A DNA stretch of 64,000 nucleotides, from the IMG/VR virus record IMGVR_UViG_3300020203_000404, positions 64,001 to 128,000 of that record, one strand, 5' to 3'. The translations under genes were made by a program, and so were the position numbers. Of the stretch, positions 9,686 through 20,223 are shown one piece after another. This DNA comes from a virus. Each line of letters begins with the position of its first letter. The first letter of the stretch is position 1. The notes under the pieces are model-generated. The model did not search any database and was not told where the DNA came from. It saw only the letters and a program-made list of their open reading frames with translations.

Positions 9686-10366
9686 ATGTCGAAATCAGTA
9701 GTACGTATTATGTGCTGGAAACGCTCACACGTTACCGAATTGGTCATGAATAGGAGTCAGGAGCAGAAACTTGAATCGGATATTCCTAAGATGAAGAAGG
9801 TGTGTCCTGATTGCAAGCCAGAACATTCTGCCATTACGATTGTGGGTGGTGCAACAGTGTTTAGTCAAGCGAAAGGCTATCGTTGCGAGCATGGTCACTT
9901 GAGTCTAATCTCGACGCTCGGCAAGCAACTACACGTCTGTTTTGGTCCCAGTAATGATGAATTTGTGAACGTTACAGGATCGCTGGCCGATTTGCCGAAT
10001 TTGGTTGACGAGGGTTACATTGCGTGTAATCATGTAGTGGATGGAAAGATGTGCGACTGTAAGCTAACCGCTATTGATGACTCTGTTCTGAATTACCCGT
10101 CGTCTCCTGGTATCAAAACTAGAATGCGTGTTGGTGATTTGTGGGATCGTCATGGTATCGAGCCGGTACGTACAGGCAACTATGACGGACAGGGCGGCTA
10201 TAATGATAGTCGTTCACAGAAAGCTAACAACGATCGGTTGGCTCGTATGAGCAGAACACGCAATACATCGAAGGACCGTCAGCCCGGCAAGACAATCAAT
10301 AAGGCCACGAAAACAGATTACGGACATCGTAACAAGTCGTCCGTAAATCCAGACAGACTCAAATGA
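9686..10366 (+). CDS. Cys/His-rich hypothetical protein
   Basis: AAGGAG SD; CPDC, CEHGH, CNH, CDC motifs; basic tail. Confidence 0.6.
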   Translation: MSKSVVRIMCWKRSHVTELVMNRSQEQKLESDIPKMKKVCPDCKPEHSAITIVGGATVFSQAKGYRCEHGHLSLISTLGKQLHVCFGPSNDEFVNVTGSLADLPNLVDEGYIACNHVVDGKMCDCKLTAIDDSVLNYPSSPGIKTRMRVGDLWDRHGIEPVRTGNYDGQGGYNDSRSQKANNDRLARMSRTRNTSKDRQPGKTINKATKTDYGHRNKSSVNPDRLK

Positions 10367-13300
10367 ATTTCACTCACCTAAACGTTCACTCGAAGGCGTC
10401 GATGCTATATGGATCGGCCAACGTCAAGGACATCATTAAGTGTGCCAAAGACTTGGGACAAACGTCCGTCGCACTAACAGACTATTCCAATCTTTTTAAT
10501 GCGATTGAGTTTTACAAGCAGGCCAAGACTGCTGGACTAAAGCCTATTCTTGGCGTTGATATTTTCTTCTGTGAGGACGCTGAGCAGCTACGTATTCAAA
10601 AGGTGCGACAAGTTTCGCATTTGATTCTGTTGGCAGAGACGGACGAAGGTTGGAAGAATATCGCGAGGATTGTTTCGGAGGCGAATAGCGAAGCTAACTA
10701 TTATTACAATCCCCGTGTTGACTTTAAGTTGCTTGAAAAGTACAAAGAGGGTGTGATTTGTTTGACTGGCGGTAGCCTTGATGGTGTGATTGCAAGGTAC
10801 CTGTATGATAAGCCCACTGAGGATGGCAATGACGTTGAGCCCGCAGCTATTTTTAAAGCCGAGGGCATGGTACGTCGCTTCTTGAAGATCTACGATCAAT
10901 CTCATTTCTTCCTCGAAGTGCAATCTACTGGCTTAGTGCAGCAAGAACAGATCAATAGTCGCTTGCGTACTATGGCACTCAAGTATGGCATTAAGACCGT
11001 GGCGACCGGCAACGTTCACTACGTTCATCAGCATGACGCGGAGTCTCATAAGACGTTGCTGGCTATGAGCGAGAATGCCTACAGTAAGCTCACGTACACT
11101 GACTTTTCGCACGAAGAATACTACATCAAGTCTCGCGAGCAAATGCTTGCGGCTGGTCTACAAGAGGCTGAGCTTGATGTTACGAATGAGATTGCTGAGC
11201 GTTGTAACGTCACGATTGACATTAACAAGAGACGCTTACCTAAGTACGCTTTCGTGCCAGATGGCAAGACTTCTGATGAGTATTTGGTTGAGATTGCCAA
11301 CGATGGGCTTTCTCGTATTCTCAAGGTTGCTGGATCAGAACAAGACTATCAGGATCGTCTCGATCGTGAATTGAATGACATTCGCGAAATGGGGTTCTCT
11401 GACTACTTCCTCATCGTTCACGACGTGATCTCGTGGATTCACAGCAAGGAAATTTTACTCGGGCGTGGCCGTGGCTCTGCTGGTGGTAGCCTTGTGAGTT
11501 ACGCCCTCGGGATTACCAACATTGATCCACTCCAGTACGGCTTGATTTGGGAACGCTTCATGAACAAGGGGCGTGGTGGATTGCCTGACATCGACACGGA
11601 CGTGCCACGTTCGAAGCGTCAGAAGGTCTTGGAGTATGTTCGCAATCGTTTCGGTGCTGGCAACGTTGCTCAGCTTGTAACCTTCAATGGCTTGCAAGCG
11701 AGAGCCGTGCTCAAGGAAGTGTTTCGTGTGTATGACATGCCGTTCGATGAGGCCAACAAGATCACCGCGTTGGTTCCCGCGAAGAACGACGAGCACGTTG
11801 CTATCAGTCTGGATGAGGCTATCGAGTCCGTCAAGGAACTCAAAGAATACGCCGAGAAGTACAAGCCATGGTTCACCATCGCTCGTGCCCTCGAAGGTTG
11901 CTACAAGTCAACTGGTTTGCATGCTGCTGCTGTTGTGATCTCGGACGTTCCGTTTGACGAAAGTGCCTATCCTCTGACTCGTTCAAAGGATGGCGATCTA
12001 ATTTTCGGTTGGGACATGAACACGGTCGATTCTTTGAATCTGCTTAAGTTGGATATCTTGGGATTGAATACACTTGATGACATTCAGGTGACCATGGATT
12101 TGGTTGCTGAGCGTCGCAAGATTGACATCTCTCGCTCTTCTATGCCTCTGGACGATCCGATTACCTACGCCATGATTGGTCAGGGGTTTACGGTTGGTGT
12201 TTTCCAGATCGAAAAGCAGCTTGGTAGAACATGGAGCAAGAATCTTAGGCCGGAAAGTATAGAACAGCTAAGTGACTTATGTAGTATTATTCGTCCTGGT
12301 CCGCTTGACTCTGGTATGGCAACTCAATATCGCGACGTGAAGATGAAGGGGGGGGATCCGACCTACATTCATCCTGCTCTTGAGCCTATTCTCAAGAATA
12401 CCTATTCAGGTCTTTTGTATCAAGAACAGGTAATTGAGATCTGTCGTGTACTTGCTGGCATGTCTTTGATCGACGCCGACAAGGTGCGTAAGGCGATGGG
12501 CAAGAAGAAGCCCGAAGAGATGAAGAAGTGGGAACAAATCTTCACGGCTGGATGTAGCAAGAACGGGATTGACCCTGACATTGCTCTGTCTATTTGGAGC
12601 TACATCGACAAGTTCGCGGGGTATGGATTTAACAAATCTCACGGTGTCGGTTATGCTTTGATGGCTTATGAGACTGCCTATCTCAAAGCCAACTATACGG
12701 TTGAGTTCTTGTGTGCTAAGCTTTCGAATTCAGACGGCGAAGCCGAGAAACTGAGTGGTTTGGTGTACGATGCCAAACTATTTGGTATCGAAGTCACACC
12801 GCCTCGTATTACGCATGCAAATAAAGACTTCGATGTGGTCACAGACAGGCATATCGCTTTCGGTCTCACAGCCCTCAAGGGTGTTGGCGTGGCCGCTGTG
12901 GGCGACATGATCAAGTTGTCGAAGGGCCTCAAGACTTTCGACGAGATCATCTGGAAGTGGGCGACCACCAAGAGTAAGGTAACGAGTGCCACTATGATGG
13001 CGTTCATTAAAGGTGGAGCACTTGATGACGTGCAAGAAAATCGCGTTCGTGGCGTTTCACGTTTGAAGTTGCTTGATAACTTGACCGACAAGGAACGCGA
13101 GACTGTGACGCGGTTGATGCAAATTGAAACTGATGTCACTGATTGGGTGCGTTTCGTGAAATCATTGTCCGATGACAACAAGGTCGATCAGATTAAAGAG
13201 AAATATGGCGTGACAATTCCGAACGTACGTCGTCGTGCTACAATTCGTGAGCTATTACAAGAGTACGATGCTGGCGAACTCTTTGATAGTAAGGCTCAAC

Positions 13301-13650
13301 GCATTGCCTGGGAGCAGTTTTATCTTGGTATTTCACTTAGTGGTAGCGAAGCCGACATCTACAAAGCCCGCCACAAGTGCGTGGACTTGGTGAAGAACGC
13401 ATCTGCTGATATGGCTTTCGAGATTGCCGTATGTGTTGATAGCGTACGTCAAATTACAACCAAGAAGGGTGATGACATGGCCTTTGTGACAGCTCGTGAC
13501 AATACCTATCAAATGGACAACATCGTCGTTTTTCCAAGAACATTTGCTCTATCTAAAGGGCTTTTGGAATCTGGCAATGTCATTCGTATTAAAGGTAAAG
13601 TTGATGATCGTGGCTCACTGATCGCCGACGTTGTGGAAAGACTTAAATGA
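10363..13650 (+). CDS. dnaE: DNA polymerase III alpha subunit (family C)
   Basis: PHP domain (HLNVHS, ALTD), GRGSAGGSLV, PDIDTD, KLDILGL, YQEQV, YGFNKSH, C-terminal OB fold; no intein-sized insert. Confidence 0.97.
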   Translation: MNFTHLNVHSKASMLYGSANVKDIIKCAKDLGQTSVALTDYSNLFNAIEFYKQAKTAGLKPILGVDIFFCEDAEQLRIQKVRQVSHLILLAETDEGWKNIARIVSEANSEANYYYNPRVDFKLLEKYKEGVICLTGGSLDGVIARYLYDKPTEDGNDVEPAAIFKAEGMVRRFLKIYDQSHFFLEVQSTGLVQQEQINSRLRTMALKYGIKTVATGNVHYVHQHDAESHKTLLAMSENAYSKLTYTDFSHEEYYIKSREQMLAAGLQEAELDVTNEIAERCNVTIDINKRRLPKYAFVPDGKTSDEYLVEIANDGLSRILKVAGSEQDYQDRLDRELNDIREMGFSDYFLIVHDVISWIHSKEILLGRGRGSAGGSLVSYALGITNIDPLQYGLIWERFMNKGRGGLPDIDTDVPRSKRQKVLEYVRNRFGAGNVAQLVTFNGLQARAVLKEVFRVYDMPFDEANKITALVPAKNDEHVAISLDEAIESVKELKEYAEKYKPWFTIARALEGCYKSTGLHAAAVVISDVPFDESAYPLTRSKDGDLIFGWDMNTVDSLNLLKLDILGLNTLDDIQVTMDLVAERRKIDISRSSMPLDDPITYAMIGQGFTVGVFQIEKQLGRTWSKNLRPESIEQLSDLCSIIRPGPLDSGMATQYRDVKMKGGDPTYIHPALEPILKNTYSGLLYQEQVIEICRVLAGMSLIDADKVRKAMGKKKPEEMKKWEQIFTAGCSKNGIDPDIALSIWSYIDKFAGYGFNKSHGVGYALMAYETAYLKANYTVEFLCAKLSNSDGEAEKLSGLVYDAKLFGIEVTPPRITHANKDFDVVTDRHIAFGLTALKGVGVAAVGDMIKLSKGLKTFDEIIWKWATTKSKVTSATMMAFIKGGALDDVQENRVRGVSRLKLLDNLTDKERETVTRLMQIETDVTDWVRFVKSLSDDNKVDQIKEKYGVTIPNVRRRATIRELLQEYDAGELFDSKAQRIAWEQFYLGISLSGSEADIYKARHKCVDLVKNASADMAFEIAVCVDSVRQITTKKGDDMAFVTARDNTYQMDNIVVFPRTFALSKGLLESGNVIRIKGKVDDRGSLIADVVERLK

Positions 13651-13862
13651 ATTACGAATACGATTTTGAAGATATTGGTCTCACGGAAGATCAACGCAAA
13701 CTTGTTGAATTGGGGATGGCAAAGGTTGAAGATCTTAATGTCATCATCAAGAAAGCAATTAACGCACGATCAAAAAACGGCTGGGAACCACTTTATCCAT
13801 TCTCTGTGCCGCTCATGTGGTTTAGACGAATTCCTCCCACACAAAAACGAAAAACTAAGTGA
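13647..13862 (+). CDS. Small hypothetical protein
   Basis: ATGA overlap with dnaE stop; 71 aa. Confidence 0.55.
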   Translation: MNYEYDFEDIGLTEDQRKLVELGMAKVEDLNVIIKKAINARSKNGWEPLYPFSVPLMWFRRIPPTQKRKTK

Positions 13863-13884
13863 CGGTTATGTTGATTGGTGTCAT

Positions 13885-13890
13885 TATAAT
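13885..13890 (+). promoter_or_regulatory. -10 box (TATAAT) 5 nt before sigma factor ATG; possible leaderless start
   Basis: TATAAT-gatgg-ATG; -35 poorly defined. Confidence 0.4.
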
Positions 13891-13895
13891 GATGG

Positions 13896-14570
13896 ATGGA
13901 GGACTTAGACATGATGGTTGATGTATCTGACGACACAGTAGCACAGATTCTTGAACAGTATCATCCCTTTGTTCGCTACATTGCTAAACGTGCCTGTTGC
14001 TCATCTGCGACGCTTGATATCAACGACTTGTATCAGGTTGGAGATATGGCTGTTTTACGAGCGGTTAAAGCATATGATCCTTCATCTGGTACTAACATCA
14101 AGTCGTTTGTTACAAACTCCATTCGAAACGCGATCTTTAACGAGGCGGCTCGTTTTCTTGGTGTATTGACAGTTGATTTTAGAACGACCGCCTTGGCGTC
14201 TATGGCGTCAAAATTGCACGAAAAAGGACAAAGTGACGAAGAGATCGCAGTTATGTTAACTAACAAGTATGGTCGCAATTTCGATGCAGATCATGCTCGC
14301 GACTTGCGTATCACCTATAGTCGTAGACACTATACACAAGTACAAGAAGATATCACGGTAGACGGTATTGAGAATGATTTCTCGATCAGGGATCTATTGG
14401 ACAGTGTTGTAAGGGACGAGACAGATCGTATCATCCTTCATAGACGCATACTGGGTGGTCTCTCTGTAGAACAGATAGCGGCCATTCTTCATATTTCAAG
14501 AAGGGCGGTTTCCAAAAAAGAGACCCGCCTTAAGACCAGAATCAAACGAGCCCTTGAGGACGCGGCATAA
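13896..14570 (+). CDS. Sigma70-family RNA polymerase sigma factor
   Basis: Region 2 DINDLYQVG..AVLRAVKAYDP..G.NIKSF...IRNAI; region 4 HTH LSVEQIAAILHISRRAVSKKE. Confidence 0.85.
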   Translation: MEDLDMMVDVSDDTVAQILEQYHPFVRYIAKRACCSSATLDINDLYQVGDMAVLRAVKAYDPSSGTNIKSFVTNSIRNAIFNEAARFLGVLTVDFRTTALASMASKLHEKGQSDEEIAVMLTNKYGRNFDADHARDLRITYSRRHYTQVQEDITVDGIENDFSIRDLLDSVVRDETDRIILHRRILGGLSVEQIAAILHISRRAVSKKETRLKTRIKRALEDAA

Positions 14571-16369
14571 TGTATAAGAAACGAATTCTATTTGTTGGTG
14601 AAGCTAGTTTTTTGAATACTGGTTTTTCAACCTACTATCGTGAGCTGTTGCCTCGATTAGCCGCTACAGGCAAGTATGAAATTGCTGAGCTTGGCTCGTA
14701 TGCACGTCAGGACGATCCTCGTGTACAAGAGTTTATTGCTGGTCGTTGGCGTTTTTATGGCGTGATGCCGACCACTAATGAAGAGAATCAAGTTTATCAA
14801 CAGCAAAATCCGCACCCACGTACACGCGGACAGAACACTAATCAGTTTGGTGAATACAAGTTTGCTTACGCTCTTGTTGATTTTAAGCCGGATATCGTTA
14901 TTGATATTCGTGACTGGTGGATGCTTGAATTCCAAGAACGTAACATCTTTCGCCCATGGTACAAGTGGCTTGTAATGCCAACGGTTGACGCTGAACCTCA
15001 ACAAGAAGAGTGGATTCAGTCATATGAAAACGCCAACATGGTTTTGGCGTATTCGGATTATGGCATTCATACGTTGCGTCGCCAATCTTCGCTAGCTACA
15101 AACGGCAAGCGTGCCATGAAGATTTTCCCGAAGCCGATGCGTCCTGGCGTAGACATTAACTCTTTCAAGCCAACTGACAAGAAGACGAGTCGCGAACACT
15201 GGAATTTGGCCGCTGACGTACCTGTTATTGGTACCGTTATGCGTAATCAAAGTCGCAAACTCTATCCCGATCTTATTGACGCTTTTGCGTTAATGAAGAA
15301 TAAGTATAAGGGCGAGTCACAAGTTGACAAGGCTGTATTACTCATTCATTCGTGTTGGCCAGACAACATGCATTCATATGACTATCCTCGTCACGTAGCA
15401 CGCCTAGATCGTTATGAGTGGATGGCCAATCATCATAAGGGCATTCGCGGTAGCGTCTTACAATCTCTCTATTGTGATTCTTGTAAGCAGCCGTCTATCA
15501 CTTTTGCCGCCAACCTCTTTGGTCGTCCGGTTCAAGCGGGTGGACGCATTAAGCTACCGTGCTGTTATTGCGGCAAGACGGACGCTTCGCCGCCGAGCAC
15601 GCTTGGTGGCTTCGACCGCAACGATCTAGCTAAGCTATACAATCTGATGGACGTTTACGTTCAGTGTTCTATTTGTGAAGGCGACGGCATGCCTATTCAA
15701 GAAGCCAAGGCTTGTGGTGTCCCAGCCTTGGTTATGGATTACACTGCCATGCGAGAGAAGGGCCGTTACCCTGATTATTCTCATTTCAAGGAATCTGATA
15801 TCACTGAACGTAATTATACGTGCCACAAGGGTGGTGAAGTAATTAACGTTGATAGATACTATTATGAACCTGAAACTTCATGCAAGAGGGCGTTGCCTGA
15901 TATCGCTGATCTAGCACTTAAAATGCGTAACATGATTAAGGATCCAGTGCGTCTAGCGGCACTTAGTAACGAGGCTCGTGAATGCGTTGAAGAAAACTAC
16001 AACTGGGATGAGTTGTGGCATCAGTGGGAGTACGTGTTGGATAATGTCAAAATTTTGGATCGTGCCGACACATGGGATAGTCCCATCGCTCAGGTTGACG
16101 AAGTGCGTAGTATTCCTGTTCCGGCTAACCTTAGCGATGAGCAGTTTGTGAATTGGCTATACTTGAACATTCTTAAGTATCCTTCGGTGGATACCGAAGG
16201 GGCCAAGATGTGGATCTCTCACATTCAACAGGGCGTAACACGCGATCAACTCATGCAGCAATTTGTCTCGATCGGTAATCAGCAATCAAGTGCTAGCAAG
16301 ACGCGTGATCAAGTGCGACTTGAAATGAGTGATAAGCCGCCGACGAAGAAGTCGCAGGAGTTTGTATGA
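14570..16369 (+). CDS. GT-B (GT4-like) glycosyltransferase with CxxC insert and DUF4214-like C-terminus
   Basis: RILFVGE...TGF; GTVMRNQSRK; LYNLMDVYVQCSICEGDGMPIQEAKACGVP; C-terminal FVNWLY.NIL...D.EG..MW...G..R.Q....F. Confidence 0.85.
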   Translation: MYKKRILFVGEASFLNTGFSTYYRELLPRLAATGKYEIAELGSYARQDDPRVQEFIAGRWRFYGVMPTTNEENQVYQQQNPHPRTRGQNTNQFGEYKFAYALVDFKPDIVIDIRDWWMLEFQERNIFRPWYKWLVMPTVDAEPQQEEWIQSYENANMVLAYSDYGIHTLRRQSSLATNGKRAMKIFPKPMRPGVDINSFKPTDKKTSREHWNLAADVPVIGTVMRNQSRKLYPDLIDAFALMKNKYKGESQVDKAVLLIHSCWPDNMHSYDYPRHVARLDRYEWMANHHKGIRGSVLQSLYCDSCKQPSITFAANLFGRPVQAGGRIKLPCCYCGKTDASPPSTLGGFDRNDLAKLYNLMDVYVQCSICEGDGMPIQEAKACGVPALVMDYTAMREKGRYPDYSHFKESDITERNYTCHKGGEVINVDRYYYEPETSCKRALPDIADLALKMRNMIKDPVRLAALSNEARECVEENYNWDELWHQWEYVLDNVKILDRADTWDSPIAQVDEVRSIPVPANLSDEQFVNWLYLNILKYPSVDTEGAKMWISHIQQGVTRDQLMQQFVSIGNQQSSASKTRDQVRLEMSDKPPTKKSQEFV

Positions 16370-17601
16370 AATTACTATTCACTGGCCCACTATTGGATTT
16401 TAGTGGATTCGCTCATGCCTCACGTATCTTTCTGCGTACGCTCTTGCAAGATGATAATATTGTCGTGACAGCACGGGCACTCAAATACGATCAGCTAGAC
16501 GTTGGTCAGGCTTTCAAGCCAGACGCTTGGCTATCCGCCGTTCTCGCAAGAGACTTGCAGGACGTTGATGTAGCTATTCAGATGACAACGTGTAATGTCG
16601 AGGCTGTACCAATTCCTGGCATCCTGAATGGATTGTATACGTTCTTAGAAAGCAGTCATATGCAGTTGTCTTGGGCGGCCAAGGCCAATGAGTTTGACTT
16701 CTTGATGGTGCCATCTAAATCTAACGCAGAAGCGATGTTTAACTCTGGCGTGGTTAAGCCTATTGTTGTGTGCGGTCTTCCATGTGACGAAGATGTATAC
16801 GCCAAGCAGTACGAGCCGTATATTCTTGAGCACGCTGGCGACCGCACGGTGTTCTACAACATCTGTCAGTTGAGTAACAAGAAGGGGATTGATGCCCTGT
16901 TACGTGCTTATAATGCGGCCTTCTGGGACCGTCCAGACGAAGTTTTGCTTGTTCTTAAAACGTACATTCAGATGTCTGGACGGAATAATGAGCAAGAGCA
17001 AGTTAAGCAGTACATTCAGAATATTCGTCAACGTTGCCGCATTCCTGCTGATCGTTTTCCGCCCGTGTTGCCGTTAGTGTTCACAATGAGCGATGACGAG
17101 ATTCATAGTCTTCATGCTCGTGGTGACGCTTACGTTTGTTCTTCTCGTGCCGAAGGATGGGGTATCCCCGTTTTTGATGCTCTTGGATATGGCAAGACAG
17201 TAATCACAAATGCCGCTGGTGGTATGGCGGATTTCGTGACTCGTGATAATGCTCTCGTATATGGTGGTATGCCAACATACTTCTTTGATACGCCTCATAG
17301 TGATCCAGGACTTTACACTGGTGTCGAACAGTGTTTCGAGCCATGTGTTCCAGAAATGGCCATGGCTATGCGTAACTTTCATTTCCTTCGCAATGGAGAC
17401 AAAGCAGGAGTGCTTGACGATTCCAATAAAGAACAATGGAGGTCTGTTTTGACGCGGCGTGAGAACGCCAAGCTTGTTGGACGGAAGCATGACTACAGAC
17501 GTATTTCGTCTATAATTACGAAACCAATTCATACGATGCTCGATATGTGGAAACAAACAGGAGCCGTGAGATTCAATGAAATCGTCCAAGAGAATAGCTA
17601 A
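16366..17601 (+). CDS. GT4 glycosyltransferase
   Basis: KKGIDALLRAY; DAYVCSSRAEGWGIPVFDALGYGKTVIT. Confidence 0.88.
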   Translation: MKLLFTGPLLDFSGFAHASRIFLRTLLQDDNIVVTARALKYDQLDVGQAFKPDAWLSAVLARDLQDVDVAIQMTTCNVEAVPIPGILNGLYTFLESSHMQLSWAAKANEFDFLMVPSKSNAEAMFNSGVVKPIVVCGLPCDEDVYAKQYEPYILEHAGDRTVFYNICQLSNKKGIDALLRAYNAAFWDRPDEVLLVLKTYIQMSGRNNEQEQVKQYIQNIRQRCRIPADRFPPVLPLVFTMSDDEIHSLHARGDAYVCSSRAEGWGIPVFDALGYGKTVITNAAGGMADFVTRDNALVYGGMPTYFFDTPHSDPGLYTGVEQCFEPCVPEMAMAMRNFHFLRNGDKAGVLDDSNKEQWRSVLTRRENAKLVGRKHDYRRISSIITKPIHTMLDMWKQTGAVRFNEIVQENS

Positions 17602-17920
17602 GTATAATTTAACAAATCGTCTTGAAAACGAGATGCGTGTTTCGCATCCGAAACGCGGTCTTAAGGCGGATTATCAACGTAGTCGTACCGCCGCCATTCA
17701 GTTGTTTTGTTTGTCTTGCATGGGTGGCTGCCGTGCTGATGTAGTTGCCTGTACATCTAAGATTTGTCCACTTTGGCAGTTCAGACCGGGTGCCAAGAAA
17801 GGTGTGCGTCCGCCGGGTATTCCTAGCGAGGCAGACTATAATGAAATGATTGGCGGTCGCGTTAGTAATAAGCAGAGTGAAGCAGGACGTAAGCTAGGTA
17901 AAGAGGATGATGTAGAATGA
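17576..17920 (+). CDS. Small Cys-rich hypothetical protein
   Basis: AIQLFCLSCMGG..DV..C....CPLW.FR motif; start could be 17633. Confidence 0.55.
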   Translation: MKSSKRIAKYNLTNRLENEMRVSHPKRGLKADYQRSRTAAIQLFCLSCMGGCRADVVACTSKICPLWQFRPGAKKGVRPPGIPSEADYNEMIGGRVSNKQSEAGRKLGKEDDVE

Positions 17921-18924
17921 ATCAGTTTTATGAACCGCAAATGAAGTCGATTGCGGAGCGAGTGAATCGCAAGCCGCGATTGGTACAGTGTATTCAGATG
18001 CTGAACGAAGAAGAGTTTGCCCCCTTGGTTCTGCGTTCGATCTATGATCAGGTAGACCGCATCCTAGTTATCGAAGGGGCGGTCGCAAACAACCCTCGAT
18101 CGACGCCCGATGGGCATTCGATCGACAAGACCCGTGAAATCCTAGCGGATTTCAAAGCGAATCACGACCCCAAGAAAAAGGTTGTTATCATCTCTATCAA
18201 CAAGCATTGGAAAAACTTGGAAGAGATGAAGCAGACGTTCTTGGATATGTCCATTCCTGGTGATTGGATTTTGATCAATGATGCTGACGAAATCTATCGT
18301 CCAGAAGACATCATTCGGCTCCGTCGTGCGATCGAATTGAATCCACATGTACAAGAGTGGATTCCGGCGTTTTTGCATTTTTATCGTGACTTTCATCATA
18401 TTGCCAAACCTGGACCCGAATGGAATCCATTACATCAAAGAATATTTAAGTATGTACGTGGCATGAAGTATATTGGCCACCCAACAGTATGTGACCCCGC
18501 TGGCAACGATACTTATTTCAATCCACAGTACTGGCATCGCCGCTATAATTTGAATGATTTCTTCATCTATCATTATGGGTATGCACGTAGTAATATGGAC
18601 GAGATCATGACTGCTAAGCAGGAATACTATGGTAAGGAATTGGTCGCTCACGGAGCAGCCAACAAGAAGTTCGATCAAAAAGTCAAGGATTGGTTCGCTA
18701 ATACTGAGCCGATTTTGTACTTTGATGGCAAACATCCTAGCGTGATGGAAACCCATTCAATGTGGCACGCTTGGACTGATCGTAAAAGCGACACAATGCA
18801 TTGGCGTGAAGATCCATTCTACGCCAAAGTTCTTGCTGGAGAACAATTTGGAACTATGTGGCTTAATCAAACGGGCCAAGCACAACCGCCCGTTCCATTC
18901 TTTCACAATCAATTAGACGTATGA
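17917..18924 (+). CDS. GT-A (GT2-like) glycosyltransferase
   Basis: LNEEEF..LVLRSIY..VDRILVIEG..S.DKT; DWILINDADE (DxD); IYHYGY. Confidence 0.82.
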   Translation: MNQFYEPQMKSIAERVNRKPRLVQCIQMLNEEEFAPLVLRSIYDQVDRILVIEGAVANNPRSTPDGHSIDKTREILADFKANHDPKKKVVIISINKHWKNLEEMKQTFLDMSIPGDWILINDADEIYRPEDIIRLRRAIELNPHVQEWIPAFLHFYRDFHHIAKPGPEWNPLHQRIFKYVRGMKYIGHPTVCDPAGNDTYFNPQYWHRRYNLNDFFIYHYGYARSNMDEIMTAKQEYYGKELVAHGAANKKFDQKVKDWFANTEPILYFDGKHPSVMETHSMWHAWTDRKSDTMHWREDPFYAKVLAGEQFGTMWLNQTGQAQPPVPFFHNQLDV

Positions 18925-18954
18925 GACTTAAACGCAATTCAGAAAGGCGTTTAC

Positions 18955-19797
18955 GTGCCTAAGCTATCGTATCTTGTCTCGACCTATGATGCTGGCCACT
19001 ATCTTGACCGGCATATTGCCGACTTGCTTGAAAAGCAAACTGATCCCGACTTCGAGATCGTTGTTATGAATCCCGCTTCTCCTGGCACCGATGACATCAT
19101 TGGTAGGAAGTGGGCCGAGTTTGACTTGCGAGTCAAGTATCTTTATTGGCCAACACGAGAATGGTACGGTACGTCGTGGCTAAGAGCTTGGCAGAGTGCC
19201 ACTGGCGATTTCGTGATCAATAGCAACGCAGACGATTACCACGCACCGACTACTACTGCTGAGTTTCATAAGCACATGAGCTTTGCGACCAGCGGCATGC
19301 ACGCCGGTCGCAAGATTGGTTTCGGATATGCTGGCATTCATGTCATCGACGATCATGGCGTTTCACTTGGCGGTGGCATTAAGCCGCCCTTCGACTTTGA
19401 ACTAATGAGTCGTGAGTGTTGGGCGGGCCCTCAAGTGTGTTGGCGGAATGATCCGGCCTTCAAGAAGTCGCTAGACTGGGACTTAATGTTCGCTCGTTCC
19501 GAACAATACCGATCAGCGTTTGATTACTGGCTATGGCTGTATTTCATGTCCCTGGGCTATCACGGTCATGTGATCCCCCAGGTGCTCACGATTTACACTC
19601 AAAGACCCGGTTCGATCGAGAACAGCAACAAGTCTGCGAACAATTACGAGACTTACTCGGCCATTTCCGAGTTCTTCGGTCATAATTTCAGGGGACACTT
19701 GAAGCACGCGATCGAGTTCGAAGACTTCAAGAGCCCCCCACCGCGTGACGAATGGATTGCCACTATGCAAGCTGGCAAGAAATGGAAGCGGTCATAA
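18955..19797 (+). CDS. GT2 glycosyltransferase
   Basis: LSYLVSTYDAGHYL; FEIVV; ATGDFVINSNADD; FDYWLWL. Confidence 0.85.
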   Translation: MPKLSYLVSTYDAGHYLDRHIADLLEKQTDPDFEIVVMNPASPGTDDIIGRKWAEFDLRVKYLYWPTREWYGTSWLRAWQSATGDFVINSNADDYHAPTTTAEFHKHMSFATSGMHAGRKIGFGYAGIHVIDDHGVSLGGGIKPPFDFELMSRECWAGPQVCWRNDPAFKKSLDWDLMFARSEQYRSAFDYWLWLYFMSLGYHGHVIPQVLTIYTQRPGSIENSNKSANNYETYSAISEFFGHNFRGHLKHAIEFEDFKSPPPRDEWIATMQAGKKWKRS

Positions 19798-19827
19798 TTT
19801 CAATGGACACTTGAAGCACGCGATCGA
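19677..19827 (+). repeat. 39-bp direct repeat, 37/39 identical (19677-19715 and 19789-19827)
   Basis: CGGTCATAATTTCA(GG/AT)GGACACTTGAAGCACGCGATCGA. Confidence 0.9.
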
Positions 19828-19854
19828 AACTGAGTGATGTCGTAAGACTAGAGG

Positions 19855-20223
19855 ATGATTATGATTTTTAAGAAATTGTGGTATCAGGTATTTGCTTCCA
19901 AGCTCTATCGCAGAGAGCGTGAAACATTTCAACTTTTTCGAGATAAATGTGGCGAAGTATTCAAGCTTCAAAGTGAAATCAATAGACTTGAGCTACCTAC
20001 GTATATTGGCAGTTGGGTAGCATCACAATCCCATGCCGCGAAGCAACGTATCGTTGCTCTAGAGCATGACCTTGCGAAGATGAGTCTTGTACGCGACGCC
20101 TTGAAGCATGAAAAGGCTTACTCGCTCTTCTTAGAGGACAGTCTTATATGTCACAACCCTGTCGAAGTATTTAACGCCCTTCCGTTTGACAAGCGGAAAG
20201 AGTATTTTGAACGAGCACAATGA
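19855..20223 (+). CDS. Hypothetical protein
   Basis: GAGG SD; ATGA overlap with next gene. Confidence 0.5.
   Translation: MIMIFKKLWYQVFASKLYRRERETFQLFRDKCGEVFKLQSEINRLELPTYIGSWVASQSHAAKQRIVALEHDLAKMSLVRDALKHEKAYSLFLEDSLICHNPVEVFNALPFDKRKEYFERAQ

Noticed and set aside
19677-19827. DGR template/variable repeat pair
   Set aside because: Only 39 bp, one difference is not at an adenine, and there is no reverse transcriptase in the window.
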